DNA from: Gracilinanus agilis
Lineage: Eukaryota
Assembly (NCBI RefSeq): GCF_016433145.1
Contig: NC_058132.1
Span: 8,191,210 to 8,255,209 of the forward strand
Reading direction: 5' to 3'
Length of the DNA: 64,000 nucleotides
Shown here: in pieces, positions 22,594 through 40,363 of the stretch
Layout of the letters: each line of letters starts with the position of its first letter
Numbering within the stretch: position 1 is the stretch's first letter
Made by a program: the position numbers and the translations under genes
Notes under the pieces: generated by a model
What the model was told of the DNA's origin: nothing
The model's input: the letters and a program-made list of their open reading frames with translations, nothing else
Databases searched by the model: none

Positions 22594-24836
22594 CTAGAGG
22601 ATTGGGGTGAGGGCGTGCAGGGTCCGGGTGGCCAGGCCCCGTAGGCCGTGGACCGGGCTCCGGGGACTCACCAGCAGCAGGAGCCGTCGGGGCCCCGCCT
22701 GCACGGCCACCAACCGGAGCCCAGCCCCAGGGTCGTCCCGGCCCCCCAGGCATTCAGCGGTCGCCCCAGACACCACGTAGCAGGCTCGGGGAACCTCTGA
22801 GGGGCCCCCCTGCTCCTCGGCCTTCTCCTCTGATGATCCCGCCTCTGAAAAGAAAAGGGATGAGCCGGCTGCGGGGGGCCTCCCAGGCTCCCCTGCCCTC
22901 CCTGCCCCGAGAGGCCTGCTGACCTGGGGGGAAGTGGGTGCCAGTGACCAGCACGTAGAAAGAGCGCAGGAGGCGCCGCCGGCTCCTGGGGGAAGGGCCT
23001 AGAGCAGAGACAGAGGAGGACCATGGAGGACCATGGAGCCACCTGCCCGTCCCCCCCCCCCCCCAGCAAGCCACCCCAAGGCTTACCTTCCACCCCACCG
23101 AGTTCCACAGTGAAGAGGCCACGTCTCTGCTCCAGGTGCAGGAGGAGGAGTCTGCTGGGGAAGACCCTGTTAGCTGGTGGGGAGGGCGGGCTGGAACCAC
23201 TAAGGCCCTGGCTCCCCTCTCACTTACCCCAGAATGTCAGGGTGCACGGGGAAGCCTGCAGGAAGCCCCCTGGGTGCCAGGGCCAAGCAGGCTCTGAGAG
23301 GCTCCAGCACCGGCTGCCACCAGCGCTCCAGGACCTGGGAGAGAGGGGTGGAGGGCCAGAGGTCAGGGCAGAGGCCAGGCCGGGCGCCAAGCTGTGCCCT
23401 GGGCTCCTTTGGTGGCCGTGGGCCAGGGGCTTACCTGAGGCTCCACTTGGCTCAGAGGGGGCTGAGGGCCACACAGCATACAGAGGTCCAGGCCTGGCAG
23501 CAGCATGAGTGTCAGGAGCCGGTGAGGCACCTGGCAAGGCGGCAGCTTAGGGGGAGGCTAAGGAAAAGCTCCCCTGCGTCCCTTCCCTGGTCCCTGCTCT
23601 CCCCACTCACCGTAGGGCTCCCGTGGGGCAGATAGACAGGGTAGTCACGGGCTGCCTGGAGTGGGAGTGCGCCCACCAGCCAGGGCAGCAGCACTGACTC
23701 TGGTGCCCCAAGGCGCCACCAGCCCTGGGTAGCCGCTACTACCCGGCCCCTGGCCACCAGACTGGCAAAGACGCTGCCCACCTCCTCGGCGATGCCCGCC
23801 AGGGCTTCCTGTGGGAAAGCTGGGTTCACCTTGTGCTCCTGGCCCTCCCGTGCCCTCCCCAGGCCCTGAGCACACCTGCAGCAGGGCCCCATCGGGAGGG
23901 GCGATGCAGTCCACACACTGGGTCAGGTCCCCTACGAGCTCAGAGTCCAGCAGCAGGCTGTCGATGAGGCTGTAGGTGGCCTGGGGAGAGGAGCGGGCAG
24001 AGCCGTGAGTGCCAGCCCAGAGCCTTGTGGCCTGCCCGCGGCCCCTGCCCCCCCACTCACCCTCAGGTCCTTCTTCAGCCTCTCCACGTTGCGGATTTTG
24101 GTCAGCTCTTCCAGTCCAACCAGCAGGACCTAGGGACAGATATTGTGGGGGCCTGGCCGCCTGGGGGCCCTGGGGCAGGGGGGGAGGGGAGGCGGGGCCG
24201 GCACCCCCCACTGCAGCTCTCACCATGGCCCCAAACACCAGCTCCAGCAGCCGCTCCAGTCTGAGCTCTGGGGACCCCTGCTCCGAAGACAGCACGATGA
24301 GGCTGATGCTGCGGAGGGAAGGGTGGGGGGCTGCAGCGGTCAGGGCCCGTGCTGCAGCCTCCCCTCTACAGCAGGAGATGCAGCCAAGGCCCGGGGGCAC
24401 CCAGGGCCTGCCCCCATCCCCCTACCTGTCGTGGAAAGTCTTCCATACCACCGTAGTGTCCTCGGTGCGCGCCGAGCGCAGCGTCACGTCCAGGTTCGCG
24501 CCGAACATGTGCACGCCATTGAGGGAGCCGATGATGGAGAAGGGCAGCTGCAAGGGGCATGGGGTCGAGGCTGGAGCGGAGGAACCAAGACCTCCAGGTG
24601 CCGGGTCTGAGAACTACGACTCCCGGCAGGCCCTGCACCAGGGACGCTTCAGGGCCCGGACGCGCGGAGGCTGCCGGGAACTGTAGTTCTCCCCGCCCCC
24701 AGCCCGCTTCTGCCATAGGCCCCACCTGCTGACGGGAGGGGGTGCCCCCGCGGCTGCTCCTGCAGAACAGGGGTACTCCGCTGGAGGCGGCGAGGCAGAG
24801 CAGGTGCACGGCGCCCTCGATGCTCTCTTCCGCCAT
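22594..24836 (-). CDS. FUZ: Fuzzy planar cell polarity effector (CPLANE subunit), 427 aa
   Basis: 11 GT-AG exons: 24836-24726, 24547-24426, 24308-24224, 24129-24061, 23980-23876, 23808-23611, 23530-23435, 23334-23228, 23151-23087, 22998-22924, 22844-22594; total 1284 nt. Protein runs MAEESIEGAVHLLCLAASSGVPLFCRSS...LATRTLHALTPIL*. Confidence 0.96.
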
Positions 24837-24859
24837 GCCGGCCCCGCGGGGCAGCGCAT

Positions 24860-25360
24860 GAGTCACGCAGAGACCAACCCCGCGCTCCGGGACAGAAGGA
24901 CGAAGACGTCCACTTCGATCGGGGAAGTGGTCCCTCTTCTTCCAGCCGGCCGGAAGTGCGTGCGCCCGAATCAAAGATGGCGGCCTCCAGACTCTATCCC
25001 GCTCCGTTTCCGTTATTAGAAGTTTTTACGCCCACATCAAAGATAGCGACAGCCCAGACCCTTCACTACGATGGAGGGGACGGATCTCAGGACTGAGATG
25101 CTCTCTTTGCTCTGCCAGCGGCTCCACTTCAGGAAGTGCGCGCTCCCCTATCAAAGGTGGCGGCGGCGGCCTGGACTCGCCCAGCCGAAACATATTCCGG
25201 AGTCAGTTGTTCTGCAGAGAGCTGAGCTCTCTCCCCGGGCGTCTGGTGCCTCGCAGGTGCTTCTCGCCTCCTTAGCCTACTGGTCACTAGCTAATTCTAG
25301 CCTTCATCCCAAGGCACAATTCCAAGATGGCCGAGGCTAAAGGGGTTGCCTAGCAACCAC
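24860..25360. promoter_or_regulatory. FUZ proximal CpG-island promoter
   Basis: ETS sites (CCGGAAGTG about 24950, AGGAAGTG about 25131), YY1-like AAGATGGCGGC at 24974-24984 and CAAGATGGCCG about 25323, X-box GTTGCCTAGCAAC at 25345-25357. Confidence 0.7.
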
Positions 25361-27084
25361 TCTCGCTTTCGCAGGGCCCAATACAACCCATGAATCGGGA
25401 CAGCAGCAGCGGGAGGCCAGGCACTTGGTCAAAACTGAACTGGGGGGTTTTGATGTCACATGTTTTGCGTTGACTCTGTCGTTGATATGGTTAGGTTAAA
25501 GGATTTTCTGCTATTGAACCAGCCCAGAGTTCCCAGTGTAAAATCAATCTGGGCTTCTTTGTGATGCCTTCTGCCTCATCCAATTTGTACCCACTGGAAT
25601 TTAAACTTTTGATTGAATGAACAAAAAAAGCCTTTATTAAGCACTATGTACTGCGGAAACAAATAAACAAATTAAGACCAGCTCTGCTGTCAAGAAGCTC
25701 ATAGGCTAAGGAGGGAGACAAATACAGGAAAGGTTTCCACCCCAAAGGAAAGGCCCCTTAGTAGTCCTTAGGGTGCATTTGCAAAATAGATAGCAATGCC
25801 TCTTGAATATAATTTCATTGTTAAAATCAAATCGAAAGTGTGATTTTTCTGATTTGAAAATGACATCTGACTACCATGGGATCAGGAAGCAAGAAGTTTC
25901 TCTTTTGGGTTGAGATTGAGGCCTAGAGTCCACTCGGATTCCTTTTCTAGAAGCTGTGTGTGATTCCGGGTCCAGTTGTCCCCTTTTTGACCCTCCAGTC
26001 TGTGTGTCCTGAGACATTATTCCTAACACGAAGAATACAATGAGTAGGATACAATGCAATGAAACTTCGAAAGAGTTGCCTTAGAAACAGACTGACAAAT
26101 GAGCATTTCCTTTCCTTTGGCCCCCTCTTTAAAAAGTTTGCCCATCACTGCTCTAGGGTATAAAGCAATGATCCCTGGTTTTGGACCCAAGACCTACCTG
26201 TTTCGTAGAACTCTTCTTTCCCCAAAGACAAAACCACACTCCTAAATCCTGCAAGTCTAAAGAGTAGGAATTTGGAAGGATCCCCATTCTCCTTGTGGAT
26301 CCTTTTGTGGATGCTGGTAATGGGGAATCTATTTTTCTGTGTCTTCTCTTGCCTAAGGATCTAATGGCAGAGAGAACCTGACTCTAGCTAAGGCCAGACC
26401 AGGAGCCAGTGACTAAGGAGAGGGTTTTATCCATCCTGGTGTCTCACATCAGATGTTTTTGAGGGCCGAGGTGATACCTCTAGGACCAGGGAAACTCTCC
26501 TGACTCCTGGCTTGGGCCCATTACTCTGACCTAGAATGTGATATTTCCCTTGGTTTCCCTCCCTCCTGCTGAAGTAGAAGGCATTTGGTTAGGGGAGCCT
26601 GCACTCTCCAGTAGCATGAAGTATTACCTGAAATGACCTTCCTTTAATTCTCCCTCTACTTTGTATAACTCTTTGCCCTTCCTTAAAGTTTCTTTTTAAA
26701 TCTCCAGCTGGATGGTACATTGGAAAAAATATTGGGTCAGGAATCAGGAAAATGAATTCAAATCTAACCTCAGATATTTCCTAGATGTGTAATCCTAGAC
26801 AAGTCACTTAACTTTTGTCTGCCTCATTTTCTTCAACCGTAACATGAAGATAACTTTCCTTCTAGGGTTGTCATGAGAATCAAGACAGTGCTGGTAGAGT
26901 GCTTAGCACAGTGTCTGGCACATGGTAGACAGTTAATAAAAGCTTGTTCCACCCCTTCCTCTCCTCCTATTTTTCTCTAACAGATTGCTTTCATCTTCTA
27001 CCAATCCCTCTCTCTCTAATCTTTAGTCTCTTACTATTGGTTTCTTCTTTGAAACCAATGTATACTCGAAGATTTTCTCTTTAA

Positions 27085-27870
27085 ACCATTCAATTCAATG
27101 AACATTTATTGAGCACCTATTAAGTGTCAGGCACTGTGCTAAATGCTGGATTTACAAAAAGAGGCAAAAAGACAATCCTGCCTTCAGGGAGCTGATAGTC
27201 TAAAAGGAAGGGGGCAACATGCAAATAAATGTATACAAAACGAGCCATAAACAGAATGAATGGGAAATAATAAACAGAAGGAAGGCACTGAAATTATGAG
27301 GCATTAGGGTAAGCTTCCAGTAGGTGAGATTAAAAGAAACCAGGTAGGTTAGTAAAGTGGAGGAAGGAGAGCATTCTAAGTCACAGAGAATGCCAAGTTG
27401 AGACAGAATATCCTGTTTGTGAAATATCCAGGAGGCCAGCGCCACTGGATCAAAGAGTATGTGTTGGAGAGAAAGAGATTAGAAGACAGGAAAGGTAGGA
27501 GGGGACTAGGGAAGGAATGACTGAATGCCAACCAGAGATTTTCTATTTGCACCTGAAGGCAATAGGATGCTGCTAGAATTTATTAAATACGGGAATGACA
27601 TGGTCTGACTTGAGCTTTAGACTTTGGGCTTGCACCAGGATAAGGGCACTGGGGGAAGAGAAAAGAGAATGTTTTTGAGAAACAAGCCTCGGCAACAGCT
27701 TGGGTTGGGTGGAATAAGAGAGGAGGAGTCCGGGATGACGCCTGGCTCGTGAGCCTGAGAAAGTAGGTAGAAGGGATGAGGTTTTAGGTAGAAGGGATGA
27801 GGTTTTAGGGGGAAAGATGAGTTTCATGTTGGACATATTGAGTTTAAGCTCCTACTGGACATTCAGTTCA
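27085..27870 (-). mobile_element. LINE-2 fragments
   Basis: L2 3'-end signature (CATTTATTGAGCACCTATT..GGCACTGTGCTAA) on the reverse strand. Further L2 pieces lie at about 25620-25800 (-) and 28130-28500 (+). Confidence 0.65.
27768..27809. repeat. 21-bp tandem duplication
   Basis: GTAGAAGGGATGAGGTTTTAG x2. Confidence 0.85.
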
Positions 27871-28769
27871 AGATGTGGAAGCCAAATTATAAGGGGTTAA
27901 GAAGAAAGGGGAGAGGAAATGGAGGTTCCAATTGCAGATGGCCTTTTGGAGGAGTTCAGCTACAAAGAGAAGAAATCTAGCACAGAAGGATCCTATTTTC
28001 TTGGCATCCCTGAGCAGAAATGGAAGGATAAAGTGAATTTTTTTTTGTCTCAAATCTCTTTTCTCTACATTTCTTGAAACAAAAAACCTCTTATAATTAG
28101 TATTTCCATTTCTTCTCAATCTATTCCATATCATCTGTAATTTTGTTTTCTGCCTCCTCATTCAATTGAAATAGGTTTCTCCAAATGTAACAAATGATCT
28201 TATAATGACTAAATCTCATGGCTTTCTCTCAGTTCTCATCCTTTGTGATTTCTTTCCTGGGCTCTTTTCTCTTCTTCCTTGATACTGAGTCATAGGTCAT
28301 CTCTTTGCAGATGATTCTCATAGCTACTGATGCAGTCCTAAACTTTCCTACATCTACTCTTTGAATTCCCTACTTCCTATTAGACACCTCAAACTGGATG
28401 TTCCACAGATGTCTGAATGTCTAAAATTTAACTCATTGTCTCGTTCCCCATCCCACCAACCTTCCCCTCCTTCCTAGTTTTCTATTATGGTTGAGGATAT
28501 TATCATCCTCCTAGGCCCTCAGGCTTGTAACATCATTTTCTTTCCTCTTGGGTGCAGTCAGAGGGGGATGGGGATTCAGGCTAACCTGGAGCTTCAGAAA
28601 TTTGGACACCTTTATTCCTGGCCAACAGGGTGAGGAGGGAGACCCGAATCGGGATGAGGGTGAAGCTTGTGTGCATAGAGAAGTCAGAGGTACACGCGAC
28701 AGCAAAGGAGGGAGCAAGGTCTGTCAAGAAGCAAATTCCAAAGCCTTCAACTTCCAACATAGGAGGATG

Positions 28770-33491
<4,722 letters not shown>

Positions 33492-33513
33492 GGCCGCCCC
33501 CGTGTGGCAGCCC

Positions 33514-33519
33514 AATAAA
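33514..33519 (+). terminator. MED25 polyadenylation signal
   Basis: AATAAA 22 nt after the stop codon. Confidence 0.75.
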
Positions 33520-33640
33520 GCTTCCTTGTCCCAGCCTCTGGTCTGGACTCGTGCTTGGGGACGAGGGGCCCGGCAGGGCTTCCCCCCTCCCCTGCAGCCC
33601 CGGGGGGACAGACAGACCGGCAGGTGCTAGGAAAATAAGT

Positions 33641-33646
33641 TTTATT
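33641..33646 (-). terminator. PNKP polyadenylation signal
   Basis: TTTATT on the + strand, 17 nt beyond the PNKP stop codon. Confidence 0.75.
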
Positions 33647-33663
33647 GGGGGCCGAGGGTGGGC

Positions 33664-36500
33664 TCAGCCCTCGGAAAACTGGCCGTACAGGGCCGCGTGC
33701 CGGGCATCTGCAAATTGGGGACGAAATGGGATCTCCAGGATCTGGGAGAAGCCCTCGGCCAGAGAGGGGGCGACGAACTGCTTCCTGGAGGGGGAAAGGA
33801 GTCAGGTTGGGTGGGAGCGTCCAGCTCCCCCCAGGGGTGCCACTGCCAGCCCCCCTCGGTCCAGGGCTTACCTGTAGCTGAACATGACCATGTCCGACAC
33901 CGCGGGGTGCGGGGAGCCGATCATCTCTCGGAACTGTGGGGAAAGTCACAGTGAGGGCCGGCTCAGAGGCTGGCGTGGCCACGGCCGGGCCCGGCCCCTC
34001 CTTACCCGGTTGTTGTGTCTGGCCAGCTCCAGCGAGGCGGTGAAATGGAAGCACCTGCAGGGCACCCCGGCGTCCTTGGCGCAGGAGACGTACCTGCCGG
34101 GGGAGGGGGATGAGGGCCCCGGCCCCTTCCTGTGGCCCCCCCCACCTCAGCACCCCCCGGGTACCTGGCCCGGCTTGCAGGGTCGGGGTTTGTGTTGTCC
34201 ACGACAGCTCGGCCCCCGGCCTTCAGGGCCTCCGTGCACACAGCCACGCACTTCTGCCAAGAGCCCAGCGTGTCCTGGGGGAACACAGACGGGAGCTGAG
34301 CCCCGGCCTCCCCCCGCCGTGACGCGCTCTGGGACCACGGGAAGGGCCTCCGCTGCAAGGGGAGGGTCGTGGCCCCCCGGCCCCCACATACCCGGTTTGC
34401 ATAGACGTAGCCCGCCGATACCAAGTGTTTCTGGAGGAAAGTTGACTTCCCGGCTGCAGGAAGGGCCAGAGACAAAAGTCAGGGCTGGGGGGTGTCTGGG
34501 GAAGCTGATGGGGACGGGGTGACGGGAGTCAAAGGCCACCTCACCAGCGGGGAAGCCGACAGCCACTACGATCTCGGGGCCGGGGCCCAGCAGAGGTCCA
34601 GCGGGGGGCAGGCACAGCGGGCCGGTGGGGCTCAGCGTTCTCTGCAGGGATGGGGGGAGGGATGAGGCCAGGCTCTCCGCCAGGCTCCCCTTGGTCCCAC
34701 CTCCCCTCTGGGGTGCCCCCGGCCTCACCGGGTCGAACTCTGGAAGCACAAAGCGGGCGGGAGCCCAGTTCAAGAAAAACTCTTCCGGGGTTGAGAATCG
34801 CAGACCGAGGTTCAGGGCAAACTGAGGGAGGGAAAGAGTTAGGCTCAGAAGAGGGTTCCCCCATCGCCAAGAGTTGGGGGGGCTGGGCAGAGGGTGCCCC
34901 TCACCAGCCGATCCGCACAGGAGAAGTCCTTCTTCTTCTGGCCCGGAGCCCAGTTGGCTGGACGGCCTGCAGCATCTGAGGACAGAAGCTGGTGTCAAAC
35001 CCCTGCCCTGGGAGCCAGAGGGGTTGTGGGCCTCCCTGCTCCCCCAAACCGCTTCAGGCCTCACCTCCCACATAGACACTGTCCGCCAAAGAGATTGGAA
35101 CCCCCTCGTTAGCCTGAGAGAAAGGGGAAAGTGCTGAGTTCGGGTGGGGAAATCCGGGTAGCGGGGGGGGGGGAGTCCCAGCAGTGAGCACCCCAAAACA
35201 GACCACGGCACCCCACTCCCCCCAGGCCGAGGAGGGCACCTGCTCACACAGGTGGTCCCACATGCCCGTCACTGGCTTCCGGTAAACGCCCGAGCTCGTG
35301 GCCACCAGCACCTGTGGGGACAAAGAGGGGAATGAAGGGAATGAAGAGAAAACCCCTCCCAGGCAGCCCTGATAGCCCAGCTACTCCTCAGCCCACCTGG
35401 AAAGGGACTCCCAGGGTGGCCAGCACCGCCTCCACCTTGGTCTGAAAGTCTTGGGGGCGCAGCCGCCCTCGCCCGATGCCAAGCTGGTTGGTGAAGATGA
35501 CAAGCTGTGGACACGGAGGGGAGCCCGGGTCATTCTGGGGGTCCCTGAGCCTTGGGCCAGCCCCCCAGGCCTTGGGCCAGTACCTTGTAGCCACTGGCCT
35601 CGAGCTCCCGGAGTCGCTTAGGGATCCCGGGGAAGAGAATCCTGGTGGAAGGAGGAAGGTAGAAGGTGATGACATAGGCAGGCACCACGCCTGGCCCAGG
35701 GGCTCCTCCACAGCCCTCGGCCTCACCTCCAATCTTCAGGGCCGGTGGGGAAGACCTTCCCTGATCGGGTGGTGATGAGGGTCCCGTCCAGGTCAAAGGC
35801 GGCCACCTGCAGGTACACATCGTTAGGACCTGGGATCGAGGGGGTCCCCGAGCCTCCCCCCAGAGGCCCAGGGCGCTCACCTTCTCTTGGGGCCGGGCTC
35901 CAGGGGCTGTGAACATCAGCAGGGGCCCAAGCTCCTGCCAGCCATCGGAGCAGCGAGGCCGCTTCTTGGGGGGCGCCGCCTCGGGGCTGCTGGGCCGCGG
36001 CTCTGGGTGTGGGGGGTCCGGGGCCCCGCGCAAAGTCAGCGGGTGCAGGCCATTCACCAACAGCAGCGTCTCCCCAATGGCCAGAGGTGCCTGGGAGCCC
36101 GGGCTCAGCAGGGTGCTCCCAGCAGTGGAGGGATTCACGCCCAGCTGAAGTGGGGTGGGCCTGACCATTAGTCCCGCCCCCTTCACCTCACCCTCCCATG
36201 CCCATCTGCTGACCCCGCCCCGGTACCTGCGTCACCATCACGATTTGAGATTCTGGGTCCACGCACAGCTTCACTAAGGGGGGAGGGGGAAAGAATTGAT
36301 GCCCCGCCCCCTTAGAGCTCAGGCCCCGCCCCGAGCCCTCGGCCCTCACCCCCACCTTGACTGCGAGAGCACTTCCGGTCCGTGACTCGAGTCAGTGGTC
36401 CCCGGCCCAAAACGAGGCTGTGGCCCGCCGGGGGTAACGGGATCGGAGGCGGCCCTCCGGGCGGGCTGTGAAGCCACAAGCAGGGTTCCGGTGTCGCCAT
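33664..36500 (-). CDS. PNKP: Polynucleotide kinase 3'-phosphatase (FHA, HAD phosphatase, kinase), 508 aa
   Basis: 16 coding exons: 36500-36356, 36273-36227, 36144-35881, 35806-35727, 35641-35584, 35504-35397, 35311-35240, 35113-35065, 34975-34905, 34821-34729, 34641-34545, 34453-34392, 34274-34165, 34093-34006, 33933-33872, 33784-33664; total 1527 nt. Motifs [38 protein letters not shown]; ends QFSEG*. Confidence 0.97.
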
Positions 36501-36689
36501 CTGCGCTCCTGCTGTAGTCGCCGGAAGTCACGCCCACCCCGTCAGAGCGTGACCGGAAGAGACCTGGCACAGGGCAAGGTCTGGATCCATTAGCCCGCCC
36601 CTTTTCTTCTGGAGGTCGGATTGTACCCACGACAGGAACACCCCTCCACCCCCATCCCCGAGAGCAAGGCCATGGTCAAAGTCAAACTC

Positions 36690-36695
36690 TTTATT
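36690..36695 (-). terminator. AKT1S1 polyadenylation signal
   Basis: TTTATT on the + strand, about 730 nt beyond the AKT1S1 stop and only about 190 nt upstream of the PNKP ATG. Confidence 0.7.
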
Positions 36696-37427
36696 CGCAG
36701 GCATTCCCCCTGCCCCTTCCCCACCCTCACATGGGCTGGCAGGGCCCTTTAAGGCATGTGTGGGAACAGGGGCTTAGTGAGCCCCGAGGGCGAGGGGCAG
36801 CTGATTGGCTAAACCCTTCCTGGTACAGGCCAGTGCGGGGCGGGCAGCGTCATCGGGCAGATACTGATGCAATTGGGCCACCCCCGAGGTAGGCGGGATC
36901 ACGACAGGGAGGCTGTAGTGTCAAGTCGGGGCTGCCCCTTCGTACGGACTTTTTCCCGTAGAGCAGAGCCACTGGCAGGTCAGGCGTTGATTGGATCCTC
37001 TCGAAGAGGGGAGGGCCGAAAGGAGCTAAGGCTGCAATTGGCCAAGTGCAACACCAAGGTTGTGCCAGTAGCTGATTGGATGTTCCCTCACCCTCCCCAA
37101 AAGGATTTCCGAGAAGGGAGCTTAGGATTGGCCAGGACCTGTAGATGGGCGGGATCAATAGGAAACTCAGGGAGTGGATTGGATTCTTCCATTACCCTCC
37201 CCCACCGCACGGAAAAAGCAGGAAAACACGGCGCCTCCGAGGGAAGCGAGGGTGGGGCAGCGAGCGGAGCCGGGATTGGCCTGGCCTGGGCATGCCAGGG
37301 GCGGGGCAAGAGGGGGAGCCCGCCCAAATTCGCTTGGGGCAGGGATGGGGTGGGGTGGAGAAACCGCAGGGTGGGAGGGCAGGGGGTGGGGAGCGTGAAG
37401 CGGGCAGGGGCCGGCGGCGCCCCCAGC

Positions 37428-38647
<1,220 letters not shown>

Positions 38648-39299
38648 CCACGCCCTAGGGAAGAGAACAGAAGGGGTGACCCAGGCAGAAACCTTCGGAG
38701 CTGGTCTAGTATATGGAAATTCCAGTCTCCCCCACCCCTTTATTAACAGGAAAGAAAAGGAATGGAAATGAGACCTGCAGAAGCTGTTTAGTCCAATCCC
38801 CTTCTTTTATGGAAAAGGCTTCGTAAGCTCAGACAGGGCCCTGGCCAGGCTGTCACTCTCACTTAAGTTGCTTGGGCAGAGTCCCCAACAACGATGCCAT
38901 GGGGGGGAGTAACAGGCCAGAAACTATCACCCCAACCCAAGGGCTGGTGACACGGAATGCCTGACGGTGAAGGTTTCAGGGAAGGGACAATCCAGGATTG
39001 CCAGGAGGAGGGGGAAAGCGACAGAGTTCGGAATCGCATTCAGGTTTCCTCCTAAGAGAGGACCCCCTCCAAACCTGCCACAAGTTCCCCCAGTTTGGAG
39101 ATGGAACAGTTGCTCAGCTCCGCCCTCCACGTGGGAAAACAGGAAGTCCCTCCCCTTGTGGGCGGTACAAGAAGTTCAGAGGTAAAAGACAGCCTCGATC
39201 CTGGGAGGGGGGGAAGAGTCGATCCCGTCCCCACCCCCACCCCCGTGAAGAATAAAGGATGTCCCGCCTCCAGGGGCGGGGAAAGGCTTAGCTGTCTTT

Positions 39300-40363
39300 G
39301 GGAGGAGGAGGGGAGAAAAAAAAAAAAAAAGGCTGGAACCGGAAGTCCCGCCCTTGCGTGGGAGAGGGGGGGAACGCCAGCAGTCCGACCCCAGGTCGCC
39401 CACCCCCCCCCATCCTCCCGGCGTAGGATAGGGGCCTGGTGTCAGAAAGGTTCCGGGCCAAGCCCCGGGGCCTCGAGACCCCAGCCACTTGGCACCCTCC
39501 TGCGAGGAGGGCTGCGCTCTCTCCACTCGCTTACCTCGGCCGGGCTCCCGTCTCCCTGCCTCCCTCCCCGCCAGCTTTCGTTCCTCCCCAGGCGTCAGCA
39601 CCGCTGCCGCTCACGTGCCTGTGGCCAGCATGGCGGGCCAGGCGCCCTCACAGGCCATGGCGGCCTCGGCGTCACTTCCGCCCGGCGCCAGCCTCTTTGG
39701 AGCGCCTCCGCAGCCTACCCCCGTTTTGCAAGGAGGTGCCCCGCCCTGTCCTTAAGCATCATGGCGGCTGCATAGTTTTATGTCTCCGCCCCTCGAGGTC
39801 CAAGGCGCCTCCGCCTCAGACCTTAGAGCCAGGGGCGGCCACGCCGCTTTCGACCTGCGGGGATGGCCCAGGACATCATGGGTACGGCTTTCTCTGGCTG
39901 ACTCCCGCTTCGCTTCCCTTCTTCCCCCCACTTCCTGACACGGAAGTGGCCTGCCCCACACTAACATGGCGCTCACTGCAGCGCAGCTCGCTCCCTTCAA
40001 AGATGGCCACCCTGCTATGACATCCCTGGGCGCGGGGGCGGAAAAGGCGCGGCACGTGTGCAGGGGCGCGGCTTGGCACCCTCCGCCTTTGTTTACTTCG
40101 TGCGGGGAGCCCACCCAACGCGCCGACGCACTGCCCACTCTAGCCACCGCCTTCCCATTGCGTCTGCGCGGAGAGCGTCTGCCCCACCCCTTTCTCCCGT
40201 TCCTGTTCACCCGATGGTTTGACCCATTGGAGACTTAAGAAACAGACAAACGCTACCATTTCATTCTCTTCGAGGGGAGGCCCGACCCGCCGGATGTGAC
40301 GTGAAGAGGCTGTCTCCGGAGGTGGAGCGAGCTAGGGGAGTGGCCTCGGCCCTAGCTGCGACT
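39300..40363. promoter_or_regulatory. AKT1S1/TBC1D17 bidirectional CpG-island promoter
   Basis: Head-to-head genes; ETS CCGGAAGT/ACTTCCG sites near 39340, 39675 and 39940; YY1-like CATGGCGGC and AACATGGCG; CACGTG at 39612 and 40053; GTGACGTG near 40296. Confidence 0.7.

Noticed and set aside
34392-34560. PNKP P-loop reads GFPAAGKST rather than human GFPGAGKST
   Set aside because: It still fits GxxxxGK[ST], and the rest of the kinase and phosphatase motifs are intact, so there is no evidence of inactivation.
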